From a virus (lineage: Duplodnaviria; Caudoviricetes): a stretch of 64,000 nt of DNA. The notes beneath the pieces are model-generated. The model saw only the letters and a list, made by a program, of their open reading frames with translations, made no database searches and was not told the DNA's origin. The stretch's first letter is position 1; each line of letters starts with the position of its first letter. The position numbers were made by a program, and so were the translations under genes. The DNA lies in the IMG/VR virus record IMGVR_UViG_3300035208_005974, positions 1 to 64,000 of that record; one strand, 5' to 3'. Of the stretch, positions 38,001-47,694 are shown piece after piece.

Positions 38001-39059
38001 ATGAATAAAAAACTTTCGGAATGGACAATAGAAGAAATGGAAAGTTTGTATATACAATTAGGATCTTTTAGAAAATGTGCCAAAGAATTATGTTGCGATC
38101 CAAAGACATTTAGAAAATATTATTATGGTAAGAAAAATGAAATAAACAATCATGACGCGGATATGCTATGTAATGATATGAATAATACACTAAATAATAT
38201 TCTAAAACCAATTACTAATAATAGCATAACACCAGATTTGGATACTGCTATTCAAACCATTCAAAATGCTGGGTGGTTTGTTACTAAGAAACCGTTACAA
38301 CGCAATTATACGTTTGACTTAGATATTGAACCTACGGAAACCAACATTTATAAAGTTGGAATCGTTTCGGATACACATTTGGGATCTAAGTACCAACAAA
38401 TGGAATCTCTTTGGAAATTCTATGAAAAATGCGCACGCGAAGGTATAACCACCATCTTTCACGCAGGAGATTTATCAGATGGCGTTAATATGTATAACGG
38501 TCAGCAATTCGAAATTTTCCTACATGGCGAACGAGCACAAGCCCAATACATTATAGAAAACTATCCGAAAATTGATGACATAACCACAGAAATGATCGGA
38601 GGAAACCACGACGAAAGTTTCTACAAACGTTATGGTAGTGACATTTGTTATGATGTATCTATTCAACGAACGGACATGAAATACAAGGGATTTTATTTAG
38701 CCAACTTCAACATCGGCAATATAAATATTTGTATACATCATGGAGATGGCGGTGTAGCGTATGCCAGAAGTTATAAACCACAAAAACTAGCATTAAGTAA
38801 AATTGAAAACAAAGATACTCCTACGCCAGACATACTTGCTATAGGTCACTACCACGCAACATGTATATTACCAGACTATGTTGGTATATATACCATTCAA
38901 ATGCCAGCGTTTCAAAGTTCAACGCCTTCATATATGGGTAGAAAAGGTCTGAATCCGGATATTGGTGGTATTATACTTGAATTTGAAGAATCAGAAGGAA
39001 AATTAGTTTCCACAAAAACACAATATGTGAATTATCGTACTGTGGAAAATGATTATTAA
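38001..39059 (+). CDS. HTH + calcineurin-like phosphoesterase (PolD DP1/Mre11-like)
   Basis: N-terminal HTH (GSFRKCAKELCCDPKTF); SDTHLGS, AGDLSDG, GNHD, HHG, GHYH and PAFQ. Confidence 0.8.
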   Translation: MNKKLSEWTIEEMESLYIQLGSFRKCAKELCCDPKTFRKYYYGKKNEINNHDADMLCNDMNNTLNNILKPITNNSITPDLDTAIQTIQNAGWFVTKKPLQRNYTFDLDIEPTETNIYKVGIVSDTHLGSKYQQMESLWKFYEKCAREGITTIFHAGDLSDGVNMYNGQQFEIFLHGERAQAQYIIENYPKIDDITTEMIGGNHDESFYKRYGSDICYDVSIQRTDMKYKGFYLANFNIGNINICIHHGDGGVAYARSYKPQKLALSKIENKDTPTPDILAIGHYHATCILPDYVGIYTIQMPAFQSSTPSYMGRKGLNPDIGGIILEFEESEGKLVSTKTQYVNYRTVENDY

Positions 39060-39093
39060 TTTATTTTTATTTTTACAGTTTTGAGGTGTTTTC

Positions 39094-40032
39094 ATACGAA
39101 AGAGGGAAGTCGTTGACCTTAACACTTACAACAAATTTGACTTGCTTAGGATTTTTTCAAAGCACAAAACGTTCACAGATTCCGCAAAAGCCATTAAAGT
39201 TTCGGCAAAACGCTTCAGTAAATATTGGATAGATATTGGCTTAGAAAAACCAAACAAAACTCTTGCCTGGAAATTAATTCCAGATACACCTTATAACGAA
39301 ATTGCAATCGTTAGTGACCTACATTTCGGAAACATGTGTCAACAAAAAACCATATTAAACAACTTCATAAAGATTTGTAAAGAACGATCCATTGACGTTT
39401 TGTTGTGCGCCGGAGATTTAGTAGATGGCACAATGACATTTCCAGAACATTACAAGGAACGTTTTTTGCATTGCGCTGACAGTTATATAGAATATTGTGA
39501 AGAAAATTACCCAGCGGACTTTAACACAAATGGTATTATAATGGGTAACCACGACAAAAGTCTAACCCTATATGAAAATCCTAGCTATGACTTTTGTAAG
39601 GAATTTTGCAAAGTTCGTAAAGATGTAACTTATCATATTGGCAATGACAACGTTACAAAACCATTTACAATACCAGGCAACATAAAACTAACCATGTATC
39701 ATGGAAGTAACTGCACAAATTCTAGTTTAGGACAACGTCGCGAACCTAAATTACAACAAAAAACAGCAGAACTCCTAAGTTCTAAAAACACTAGCAACAT
39801 CTACATATATGGCCATTGTCATAAAAAGTGTCTAACGAACTTCATGGACAAGTATATTTTGGGGGTTGGCTGTTTTGTGGCAGACACACCATTTCAGGTA
39901 AATCGAGGAACGTTCGGTGACGTATGTGGACTCATTATAAAGTATAATACAGAAAATGGAAATATTGTGGCACTAGAACCAGAATTTTTCACAGCCGAAC
40001 AATTAGGAGGACTAAAAATTAAGGATTTTTGA
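39094..40032 (+). CDS. HTH + calcineurin-like phosphoesterase, paralog (probable ATA start)
   Basis: SDLHFG, AGDLVDG, GNHD, YHG and GHCH; RBS GAGGTG followed by in-frame ATA at 39094. Confidence 0.8.
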   Translation: MRKREVVDLNTYNKFDLLRIFSKHKTFTDSAKAIKVSAKRFSKYWIDIGLEKPNKTLAWKLIPDTPYNEIAIVSDLHFGNMCQQKTILNNFIKICKERSIDVLLCAGDLVDGTMTFPEHYKERFLHCADSYIEYCEENYPADFNTNGIIMGNHDKSLTLYENPSYDFCKEFCKVRKDVTYHIGNDNVTKPFTIPGNIKLTMYHGSNCTNSSLGQRREPKLQQKTAELLSSKNTSNIYIYGHCHKKCLTNFMDKYILGVGCFVADTPFQVNRGTFGDVCGLIIKYNTENGNIVALEPEFFTAEQLGGLKIKDF

Positions 40033-40117
40033 CGTTTCTTTTTTGTGTAATCAAAAAGCTTAAATATCATGAATACGTATTAAACGTATATATGTAATCG
40101 TAAGGAAGTGATTTAAA

Positions 40118-40366
40118 ATGGGAAAAGGAAAAACGCATAGGGTCAGAAAGAAGTCACCTCCTCCAGAAACAGAAAGGTGGTGTATCGCATGCAAAAAAAT
40201 GACCATCTGGAAATACAATAAGTTGGTTGGTCATTCCAGATGTACGGAATGCGGTAGTATATTTTCTGCGCGGACAGAAGTGCCAGAAGAAAGGCTACAG
40301 GAAGTCGCAGAACGTCTAATGCCGTGGTGCAACAACATCAATAATAATAAAAATATTATAGCATGA
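40118..40366 (+). CDS. Small basic zinc-ribbon protein
   Basis: CIAC...CTECG; own promoter near 40050. Confidence 0.6.
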   Translation: MGKGKTHRVRKKSPPPETERWCIACKKMTIWKYNKLVGHSRCTECGSIFSARTEVPEERLQEVAERLMPWCNNINNNKNIIA

Positions 40367-40406
40367 ACAATAAAAAAATATTTTTTTTTGAAAAAAATTA
40401 TTGTTG

Positions 40407-40538
40407 TTAGTGCATGCTATTTTTTATGTGCGGTTCAATAAACGGATACTTTGGTTGAAGCGCTGGTGGTGCATTTGGTATTCCATCCACGATATGGATT
40501 TCAAAATAATCCATTTGGATATTCGTTGTGTTGTACAT
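40407..40538 (-). CDS. 43-aa leaderless peptide (not in ORF track)
   Basis: MYNTTNIQMDYFEIHIVDGIPNAPPALQPKYPFIEPHIKNSMH lies below a minus-strand TATA at about 40563-40577. Confidence 0.4.
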   Translation of the reverse strand: MYNTTNIQMDYFEIHIVDGIPNAPPALQPKYPFIEPHIKNSMH

Positions 40539-40638
40539 CAAATAATAGTAATATAATGCTTGTTTATAAAGCTTTTTGTACGACAAACCAAAAAGTATTT
40601 ATACAAAAACATATAACACGTAAGTGAAGTGAATTTAC

Positions 40639-41007
40639 ATGACAAACAAGGAAAAGACGACCGTGGGTAGCATGATAAGTGTACCGGTAATTTCAATATT
40701 ACTCGGAATTGCAGCAACAGCCATCACGCAAAACATGTATACTGGATTAGCAATATTCATAATATCAATGGTGTATATGTTAACTGATGTAATTGGATTG
40801 ATTCCATTTGTTGGGGTATTTGTACAATATCATGTACTAACCAATTATATAATACCATTCATGACAAGTACTTTCATGGTACCTCAAGAAGTAATGGTGT
40901 TGTTGAGCATTGCTTTCTACTTAAGCATAATATTTGGTGGAATTGTTACTATCTTTACCACCCTGATAACATTAGTAGGTGCCTATGCAATAATAACTAA
41001 TAACTAA
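40639..41007 (+). CDS. Integral membrane protein
   Basis: Several hydrophobic segments; own promoter at about 40586. Confidence 0.65.
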   Translation: MTNKEKTTVGSMISVPVISILLGIAATAITQNMYTGLAIFIISMVYMLTDVIGLIPFVGVFVQYHVLTNYIIPFMTSTFMVPQEVMVLLSIAFYLSIIFGGIVTIFTTLITLVGAYAIITNN

Positions 41008-41044
41008 TAGTAATCACAATTATTTTTTTATTAGGAGTTGTATA

Positions 41045-41518
41045 ATGTTATATTGGGATTTAGATGGCGTTCTTAGGATACTTGGCAGTCATGTACTTGG
41101 TTATGAACCCGAAAATTGGCATGATACTTATAATGGTAAAACAATAATAGAAATCGTCAATGAACATCCGGAATTATGCATGACGTGCCCAGAAAGCGAA
41201 TATCTATCAATTGTAAATAATAAATTACAGGAAATAACAATATTGACCAATCAATTGGATAGTTGGATTCCCTTTACGGAAATTTGGCTACGTCGTCACA
41301 TGAAAATTCCATATGATGTGGTGTATACTAAAAGCAGTGAACACAAATTAAGCTTCCTCAAAAATAGCGATATTCTCGTGGAGGATTTTCCGGGTTTTCA
41401 GAATTACAATAACATTGCATTAATCACAAGGCGCTATAACGAGCACTTAAATGTACCCTGTAGAATATCATCACTAATCGATCTTCGGAGATTAATAGAT
41501 TCCCATGAAACCTCTTGA
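41045..41518 (+). CDS. HAD-superfamily 5'(3')-deoxyribonucleotidase-like protein
   Basis: YWDLDGVL, ILTN, K, ILVED and YN motifs. Confidence 0.75.
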   Translation: MLYWDLDGVLRILGSHVLGYEPENWHDTYNGKTIIEIVNEHPELCMTCPESEYLSIVNNKLQEITILTNQLDSWIPFTEIWLRRHMKIPYDVVYTKSSEHKLSFLKNSDILVEDFPGFQNYNNIALITRRYNEHLNVPCRISSLIDLRRLIDSHETS

Positions 41519-41735
41519 TTTTTTTATGACCATGACAAAAGGCAAAGAAGTCTTTTGTTGCCAAAAAATAAATGACGACGGTAACCTTATTGGAATATCA
41601 GGAACCATAATTACCGGCGACGAAAACTACATAATTGTTCGTGGTAAGGATTCGGTACACCTCATTAGTTTGAAGGACATTATCGAAATCGAACATATAC
41701 CAAGCCTGGAAATTGCTTTTCCTGAAGGAACATAA
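41505..41735 (+). CDS. Small beta-barrel protein, possible Sm/Hfq-like fold
   Basis: MKPLDF..KGKEV...ISGTIITGDENYIIV...HLISLKDIIEIE. Confidence 0.4.
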   Translation: MKPLDFFMTMTKGKEVFCCQKINDDGNLIGISGTIITGDENYIIVRGKDSVHLISLKDIIEIEHIPSLEIAFPEGT

Positions 41736-41891
41736 ATGAATGAACAAAAATTTTTAAAATGCAAAAGATGTGGACGTCGCTTATCTTCCCCAGAAAGTCA
41801 GATGGTAGGATATGGTCCCATTTGTTTCCAGAAGGTCCAGGAAGAAGAAAGTATTCAATGTGATTTATTTGACTTTGAGGTGACTGAATGA
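41736..41891 (+). CDS. DUF6011-like zinc protein with PIP-like tail (51 aa, not in ORF track)
   Basis: CKRCGRRLSSPES..VGYGPIC ... QCDLFDF; coupled to both neighbours. Confidence 0.7.
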   Translation: MNEQKFLKCKRCGRRLSSPESQMVGYGPICFQKVQEEESIQCDLFDFEVTE

Positions 41892-42151
41892 ACGTGGATA
41901 TAAATAAATTATTCAGTGACTTGAAGTCACATCCATTGGAATACATTACATTAGTATTAGCGATTTTGGGTGCAACTTTTGCTTCTGATTTAGATGCAGG
42001 AATAAGAGGTTTAGGATTCTTCTTGTGGATTTTTTCAAATGGTTATATGTTGATTGGATTTTTAAAATTAAAAAATATTCCATATTCCCTGCTTTTCCTT
42101 GGTTATGAAATAATGAATGTCCGGGGTATGTTGAATGCATGGTACTGGTGA
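41888..42151 (+). CDS. Small three-helix membrane protein
   Basis: LEYITLVLAILGA, GFFLWIFSN and NVRGMLNAW. Confidence 0.6.
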   Translation: MNVDINKLFSDLKSHPLEYITLVLAILGATFASDLDAGIRGLGFFLWIFSNGYMLIGFLKLKNIPYSLLFLGYEIMNVRGMLNAWYW

Positions 42152-42503
42152 GGGAGGCAAAACATTGACCAATATAGTAAGAACGCCCAAAGAAAATCTT
42201 TTGTTATATGACCAAATATCCAAATTGGATAGGTGGCATGTATTATCACCTATGGTACAATCAGTAATTGTTGTTAATATATTTGAAAAGGTAAGTTTTG
42301 CTGATATGCGAAGTATTACTCATATAGATAGATTAATAATTCGTGATAATTTACAAAAACTATTAGATTTAGGTAGTCTAGCTGGCGAATGGAAAAAATC
42401 AGAAAAGACAAAAGTATGGGAAATGTATTATTCCGTAAGTTATAATTCAAGAAGATTTGCTGATAATTTATTGATTGAATTAGTAAAAGGACTTGATGAA
42501 TAA
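42135..42503 (+). CDS. Winged-helix (ArsR/MarR-like) protein
   Basis: SFADMRSITHIDRLIIRDNLQKLLDLG ... YYSVS. Confidence 0.5.
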   Translation: MHGTGEGGKTLTNIVRTPKENLLLYDQISKLDRWHVLSPMVQSVIVVNIFEKVSFADMRSITHIDRLIIRDNLQKLLDLGSLAGEWKKSEKTKVWEMYYSVSYNSRRFADNLLIELVKGLDE

Positions 42504-42595
42504 TGCTAGACTTCATACAACCTTTTTCTGACCAACTACCATGATTTTATGGTCAATTATGGCTATACAAAAATACAAATACAGAAGATGATAAT

Positions 42596-43336
42596 ATGTT
42601 AGAAATAGATAAAATATATCAAGGGGATTGTTTAGAATTAATGCCCTTGATTCCTGATAAAACAATTGATATGATTTTATGTGATTTGCCTTATGGTATA
42701 ACTGATTGTAAGTGGGATAATATAATTAATATTGAATTGATGTGGAAAGAATATACTAGAATAATTAAAGATAGAGGTGCAATTGTTTTGACAAGTAGTC
42801 AGCCATTCACGTCAATGCTAGTAATGAGTAATTTGTCATTATTCAAATATGAATGGATATGGAAAAAAACAAAAGCAAGTAATTTTCAATTGGCTAAATA
42901 CAATCCAATGAAAATACATGAAAACGTTCTAGTTTTCTATAAAAAAACACCTATATTTAATCAACAAAATTTAGTTACCGGAAATTTTTATAATAGTAGA
43001 AAAGGCGGTAAACAAATGACACATCTAGCACATTTTAATCCTGAATATGTATCAAAAGGTAAAAATTATAATAAATCTATATTAGAATTTAATTCTGTTC
43101 ATAAACCATTTCATCCGACACAAAAACCAGTAGAATTATTTGAATATTTAATTAAAACATATACTAATGAAAATGATTTAGTTCTTGATAATTGTATTGG
43201 TTCTGGAACAACCGCAATAGCTTGCATAAACACAAATAGGCATTTTATAGGTATTGAAAAAGAACAAAAATATGTGGATATAGCAAATAAAAGAATAAAG
43301 GAAACGCCGATACCATTAGAAAAATTTATAGGATGA
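42596..43336 (+). CDS. Amino-DNA methyltransferase (N6/N4, beta class)
   Basis: GDCLELM, CDLPY, HPTQKPV and VLDNCIGSGTT. Confidence 0.92.
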   Translation: MLEIDKIYQGDCLELMPLIPDKTIDMILCDLPYGITDCKWDNIINIELMWKEYTRIIKDRGAIVLTSSQPFTSMLVMSNLSLFKYEWIWKKTKASNFQLAKYNPMKIHENVLVFYKKTPIFNQQNLVTGNFYNSRKGGKQMTHLAHFNPEYVSKGKNYNKSILEFNSVHKPFHPTQKPVELFEYLIKTYTNENDLVLDNCIGSGTTAIACINTNRHFIGIEKEQKYVDIANKRIKETPIPLEKFIG

Positions 43337-43483
43337 TACCATGATCATTATAAACATTCTTGGATATTCTATAATAATAGTAAAAAGAACAAAACCCGTA
43401 TATTTTAATGAAAATGATTATATTCACAACGATCGCGGTTTCTATGACAAAAAAACAAATACTTTCCTGGACTAGATGATACA

Positions 43484-44140
43484 ATGCTTGTTAATGATAA
43501 ATCTGCTTATTATAGAAAGCAAACACCCAATGGTCGTTTCTATTTTAAAGATGAAATACCTTATCCGTCTGTAACTACAATTATTGGACACAAAAAGAAT
43601 CCCGGTAAATCAAGGGGACCTGGACCTAGTGCCCACATAGGAACCATTGTCCACAAAAAAATACTTGGTCGTTATTCCAAGAACGTATTACCAGTGTCGT
43701 GTAATCCCATCTGGAATATACCCAGGGAAGAAGTTTATGGCAGAATAAATCGCTGCATAAAAATGTGGAATGACTTGCATTTAAGTATTCAGCCGTTTTT
43801 TGTGGAAACATCGTTGTTTAATAAAAATCCACCGTATGCAGGTACTCTCGATATGCTAGCGAAAATTAGCTGCAATAACGACCTACTTGATATACACTTC
43901 AAAAAGGAATTATTTCTAATGGACCTGAAAACAGGCCTTCAATACTATGATAGCCATGTTGCCCAGGCAGCGGCTTATTGGCAAGCATTAAGAAGAAAAC
44001 CCAAAGTAATGTTTATTTATTTAGATAGCATTATAGACCGGAATCCAGAACAATTACCGGTGGTTAAAATATTCAGCCAAGAAGAACTAGAAAATGGTTA
44101 TGACTTATTTATGGACGACTATATAGATTTTGAATATTAA
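43484..44140 (+). CDS. PD-(D/E)xK exonuclease (Cas4/RecB-like)
   Basis: YPSVTTII, GTIVH, YAGTLD, DLKTG and QAAAY. Confidence 0.85.
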   Translation: MLVNDKSAYYRKQTPNGRFYFKDEIPYPSVTTIIGHKKNPGKSRGPGPSAHIGTIVHKKILGRYSKNVLPVSCNPIWNIPREEVYGRINRCIKMWNDLHLSIQPFFVETSLFNKNPPYAGTLDMLAKISCNNDLLDIHFKKELFLMDLKTGLQYYDSHVAQAAAYWQALRRKPKVMFIYLDSIIDRNPEQLPVVKIFSQEELENGYDLFMDDYIDFEY

Positions 44141-44148
44141 AAATAAAG

Positions 44149-44256
44149 TTAGAAAAATACTTTTATGCCAATTACCTTGTTGGCAATTTCTTTGGCTTTT
44201 TGATCCTTATTCTTAATCTTTTTTGCTTCAGTTTTCACTATTTCATTATACTTCAT
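44149..44256 (-). CDS. 35-aa basic peptide (not in ORF track)
   Basis: RBS GAGGTGA; MKYNEIVKTEAKKIKNKDQKAKEIANKVIGIKVFF. Confidence 0.45.
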   Translation of the reverse strand: MKYNEIVKTEAKKIKNKDQKAKEIANKVIGIKVFF

Positions 44257-44259
44257 GTA

Positions 44260-44387
44260 ATGTCACCTCAATTTCTACTAAGTACATATAGTACTTACTA
44301 TAATATATAACTTACGGTTGAACAACCAACCAAAAACTATTTATTCTCGGAAGTACTATATGTACTTGTTAAAAAGTGAGGTGACAT
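44260..44387. promoter_or_regulatory. Mirror-symmetric divergent promoter with two palindromic operator-like sites
   Basis: aagtacatatagtactt (44280-96) and its exact reverse complement (44351-67); atgtcacctca / tgaggtgacat RBS pair; two back-to-back TATA boxes between them. Confidence 0.75.
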
Positions 44388-44699
44388 AAGTTGGAAAGAG
44401 TTTGGGCACAATATGGCCGGAAATCTAGAATTCCTGCTCATATCAAAGAAGAGTTACGACTCGCTGGATTCAAGATTAGGTCCAGAAGGACGTGGCTTAA
44501 CAGAACCCAGATTAGTGAAGGTTGCGAACACATAACAATCAGAGGTGATTAAACATGGTACTCGGAAATAGAAAAGACATAATAGAATTGGATGAGCTGT
44601 CAGACGACTGCTTGAAAGCCAATTTCGGCTATACTAATGCTGGAATTGAGAATCTGAGAGACCAAGCGAATGAGGTTAGAAAAGAAGAGGCGATCTGAA

Positions 44700-45263
44700 A
44701 TGGAAACCTTTGAGGCATTCGCAGCAAAACGGGAATTTAACCCTCCATCACATAGCACCGAGATGCTCATGCTGGCCATCATGCGGTGTTTCCACCGCAA
44801 AGAAGAGATCCCGGAAAAGGCGCTTACTCGCCTCTGCACTCCGGAAGCATGGCAGAGGTTGAGGGCATGTGAGTTCATATCCTCATCCAACGGGATATGC
44901 ACTATCACGGGGGAGGGGCGCCAGGCACTAATCCGAATGGAACGGACGGAGATGCATCTGGCATCGCTAAATGCACTCCGTCACCGGGACAGGGAGTTGT
45001 ACGAAAAATACAGAAACAGCTTAATGTCGAGGAGGTGGCCTGGGATGATCGCTGATATCCGTGTCGTCCGTGATTGCGGGCAATACGCGGAAGGACCGAG
45101 TGGCCTCTCAGTGAGGGTGTGGGACTATGGCGAAGAAATAAATGAAATCTTCGTTTATGATCAAGAGGTACCAGTCTTCTTGGCGGAGATATACCATGCT
45201 CTGACCACGGAGCAACGAGCATCTCTGAATCAGATCATCGACGCGGAGGAGGTCGCTCCCTGA
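44700..45263 (+). CDS. Hypothetical protein, markedly GC-richer than the genome
   Basis: ATG 44700 follows the stop of a short upstream ORF; GC-ending codons; wHTH-like N-terminal half. Confidence 0.6.
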   Translation: METFEAFAAKREFNPPSHSTEMLMLAIMRCFHRKEEIPEKALTRLCTPEAWQRLRACEFISSSNGICTITGEGRQALIRMERTEMHLASLNALRHRDRELYEKYRNSLMSRRWPGMIADIRVVRDCGQYAEGPSGLSVRVWDYGEEINEIFVYDQEVPVFLAEIYHALTTEQRASLNQIIDAEEVAP

Positions 45264-45344
45264 TGCCCACTTGATCCGTCGTTTCCATCCACCTTTTTTA
45301 TGTTAACCAAAAAGTATTTAAACTCCTAAAACTAAACTATAACT

Positions 45345-46022
45345 ATGAAAACAATAATGAACCTAAGCGAAATATTTTATAGCCTACAAGGAGAAGGCCC
45401 TGCTGTAGGAAGGCCAGCTATATTCGTTCGACTCTCAAAATGTAATAGATCCTGCAAGGGATGCGATTCTCCACAGAAAGATAGGGTCGAAGAAGTTGAA
45501 ACATCTTCTGTGATAAGTCGTATCCAAAACTACCTGAAAACTTATCCGAACAGCCGAATAATTTTTACTGGCGGCGAGCCGTTGCTACAACCCACTGCCA
45601 TTTCTGAAATCATGAACGGTTTACCCGGTCAACTATTCGACATCGAAACCAACGGTACCATAAACAACCAGGAAGAACTATTTAAACGCTTCAATATTAT
45701 GGTTATTAGTCCCAAGAAGGATTGTTTTACTTCCTCCAAGGACCGCAATGAGTTTATAACCAATTGGTTAAAAATTTCGGATAGTGGCCGCAAAAACATT
45801 TACTTTAAGTTTGTTGTTGGTAATTTACCGTGGGCCTTCTTGGAAGCTGAAATCAAGGACATGTTTGAGAACACGGATCTAAATCCTTCTAGGACCTGGT
45901 TAATGCCTGCTGGCGATAACAACCAGAAATTATCAATATCCGGCAAGAATACCTGGAAGGTAGCATGTCGTCTTGGATGCAATTATTCCGACCGTCTCCA
46001 CATCAGATGTAATGGAAAATAA
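45345..46022 (+). CDS. queE: 7-carboxy-7-deazaguanine synthase (radical SAM)
   Basis: EIFYSLQGEG, CNRSCKGCD, TGGEPLLQ, ETNGT, ISPK and SDRLH. Confidence 0.9.
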   Translation: MKTIMNLSEIFYSLQGEGPAVGRPAIFVRLSKCNRSCKGCDSPQKDRVEEVETSSVISRIQNYLKTYPNSRIIFTGGEPLLQPTAISEIMNGLPGQLFDIETNGTINNQEELFKRFNIMVISPKKDCFTSSKDRNEFITNWLKISDSGRKNIYFKFVVGNLPWAFLEAEIKDMFENTDLNPSRTWLMPAGDNNQKLSISGKNTWKVACRLGCNYSDRLHIRCNGK

Positions 46023-46096
46023 GCAGTGTTACCAAAACCTTTAAATACTATCAACGTTAACTTGTTTTAATAACATTTTTAGAAGGTTGTGATACT

Positions 46097-46801
46097 ATAA
46101 AGACAAGTGCAAAAACTCTAGCAGATTTTATAAAAAAAGTTAGCATAAATGGTGCCATACCCGAAGGCATACTTAAGTTTGGTCCCGAAGGCCTAACCCT
46201 GACCGTAAAAGATATAAGCAATTGCGGTGCAGTAACCGGCCTACTCCGGAAAAACGTTTTCTTGGATTATACACCAATGAACGTGCCAATAGGAAACATT
46301 CCAAGGTTGCTTTCTGTTCTAAATGCAATGTCCGGTAACGTTGAACTATCCATTAAGGAAAATGCATTTTTAATAAATTCCGACGATAATGACGCAAAAA
46401 TTATTATGGTAGACGAAAAATACATTAAATGTGATCTAGAAACTCTACCTACGTTGGCACACGACGGTGGTTTTGAATTTGATAGTAATATTTTTGTAAC
46501 CATCAAAAAGAATACAGCTACCTTGAAGTCAGAAAAAACTGGCATTATTGCAGAAGTCAAGGACAATGTTTTCTATGTTAAGACCGGCGAAAAAGAATCT
46601 GATGAACTAACCACCAAAACAAAAGTTGACTACAAAAACGTTAGAACCAAATATGGCATAACATTCCTGGAGTTTATTTCCGTGATAACTGGCAAAGTAA
46701 TTGTATCCTTTAATGAAGAATATCCGATACTTATTACTAGTACAGAACCTGATTCTACTATTAAGTGGATGGTTTCTCCGTTAGTTACTGAGGAAACCTA
46801 A
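46097..46801 (+). CDS. pcn: PCNA-type DNA sliding clamp (ATA start)
   Basis: Extended frame IKTSAKTLADFIKKVS...LKFGPEGLTLTVKDISN...VFLDY plus C-terminal EEYPILI..IKWMVSPLV; directly upstream of RFC. Confidence 0.75.
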   Translation: MKTSAKTLADFIKKVSINGAIPEGILKFGPEGLTLTVKDISNCGAVTGLLRKNVFLDYTPMNVPIGNIPRLLSVLNAMSGNVELSIKENAFLINSDDNDAKIIMVDEKYIKCDLETLPTLAHDGGFEFDSNIFVTIKKNTATLKSEKTGIIAEVKDNVFYVKTGEKESDELTTKTKVDYKNVRTKYGITFLEFISVITGKVIVSFNEEYPILITSTEPDSTIKWMVSPLVTEET

Positions 46802-46825
46802 ATAAACTTTTTTGGAGGATATTAG

Positions 46826-47692
46826 ATGACATTGTTAGTAGAAAAATATAGACCACAAGATCTGGAAAGTATGGTTGGCTTACACCTTAACTTTGACATA
46901 GATGATGCCATGCCACACCTTTTGCTTTTCGGGCCACCCGGAACCGGAAAAACCACGTTAGCACGAGTCATTGTAAAAAAATTAAATTGTGATTATATAA
47001 TTTTAAATAGTTCAGATGAAAGAGGAATTGATACTATAAGAGAAAAAGTTAAAACTTTTGCATCGACTCGTAGTAAAGATTCTAATATTAAGATTTGTAT
47101 TCTCGATGAGTGCGATGCACTTACCTCATCAGCACAGGATTCTTTGCGAAACCTTATGGAACAGTATTCTAGTAATTGTCGTTTTGTACTTACGTGCAAT
47201 TACGTGAGTCGGGTTATTGATCCATTACAAAGCAGGTGTATTAAAATAGATTTTTCCAACATCAAAAAAGAAGATATTATAAAACGTTTAGAATTTATTT
47301 GTGAACAAGAAAAAATACCTTTTGAACACGCCGCAATAGAAAAAATTGTAGAACATAATAGTTCTGATTTACGTGCATCGATTAACAAAATTCAGGAACT
47401 AAAAGACGGTGTAACATTATCCAAGTTAACTAATGAAACCGTATTTGCTCAAACAATCTTTGATCTTCTAAAAAAGAAAGACTTTGTAAGTGCTCGGCAA
47501 GCCTATTTGGACAAGAATCCCGATGGAGAACAATTCTTACGGGACCTGGAAACTATTATCTTTGCCAGTACAGAATCAAATACCTACAAGAAACTAGCCA
47601 TCCTTGAAATTTGTGAAGCCTACAAACACCTAAAGGATGGTTCCTGGCCACAAATCATAATTGAAGCTATGTTCTACAAGTTAGTGGTGTAA
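46826..47692 (+). CDS. rfcS: Replication factor C small subunit / clamp loader ATPase
   Basis: VEKYRP, GPPGTGKTT, NSSDERGID, LDECD, LQSRC and DLRASIN. Confidence 0.93.
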   Translation: MTLLVEKYRPQDLESMVGLHLNFDIDDAMPHLLLFGPPGTGKTTLARVIVKKLNCDYIILNSSDERGIDTIREKVKTFASTRSKDSNIKICILDECDALTSSAQDSLRNLMEQYSSNCRFVLTCNYVSRVIDPLQSRCIKIDFSNIKKEDIIKRLEFICEQEKIPFEHAAIEKIVEHNSSDLRASINKIQELKDGVTLSKLTNETVFAQTIFDLLKKKDFVSARQAYLDKNPDGEQFLRDLETIIFASTESNTYKKLAILEICEAYKHLKDGSWPQIIIEAMFYKLVV

Positions 47693-47694
47693 AC

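Noticed and set aside
43484-44140. Cas4 as part of a CRISPR system
   Set aside because: No Fe-S cysteine set, other cas genes or array; fits a stand-alone viral exonuclease.
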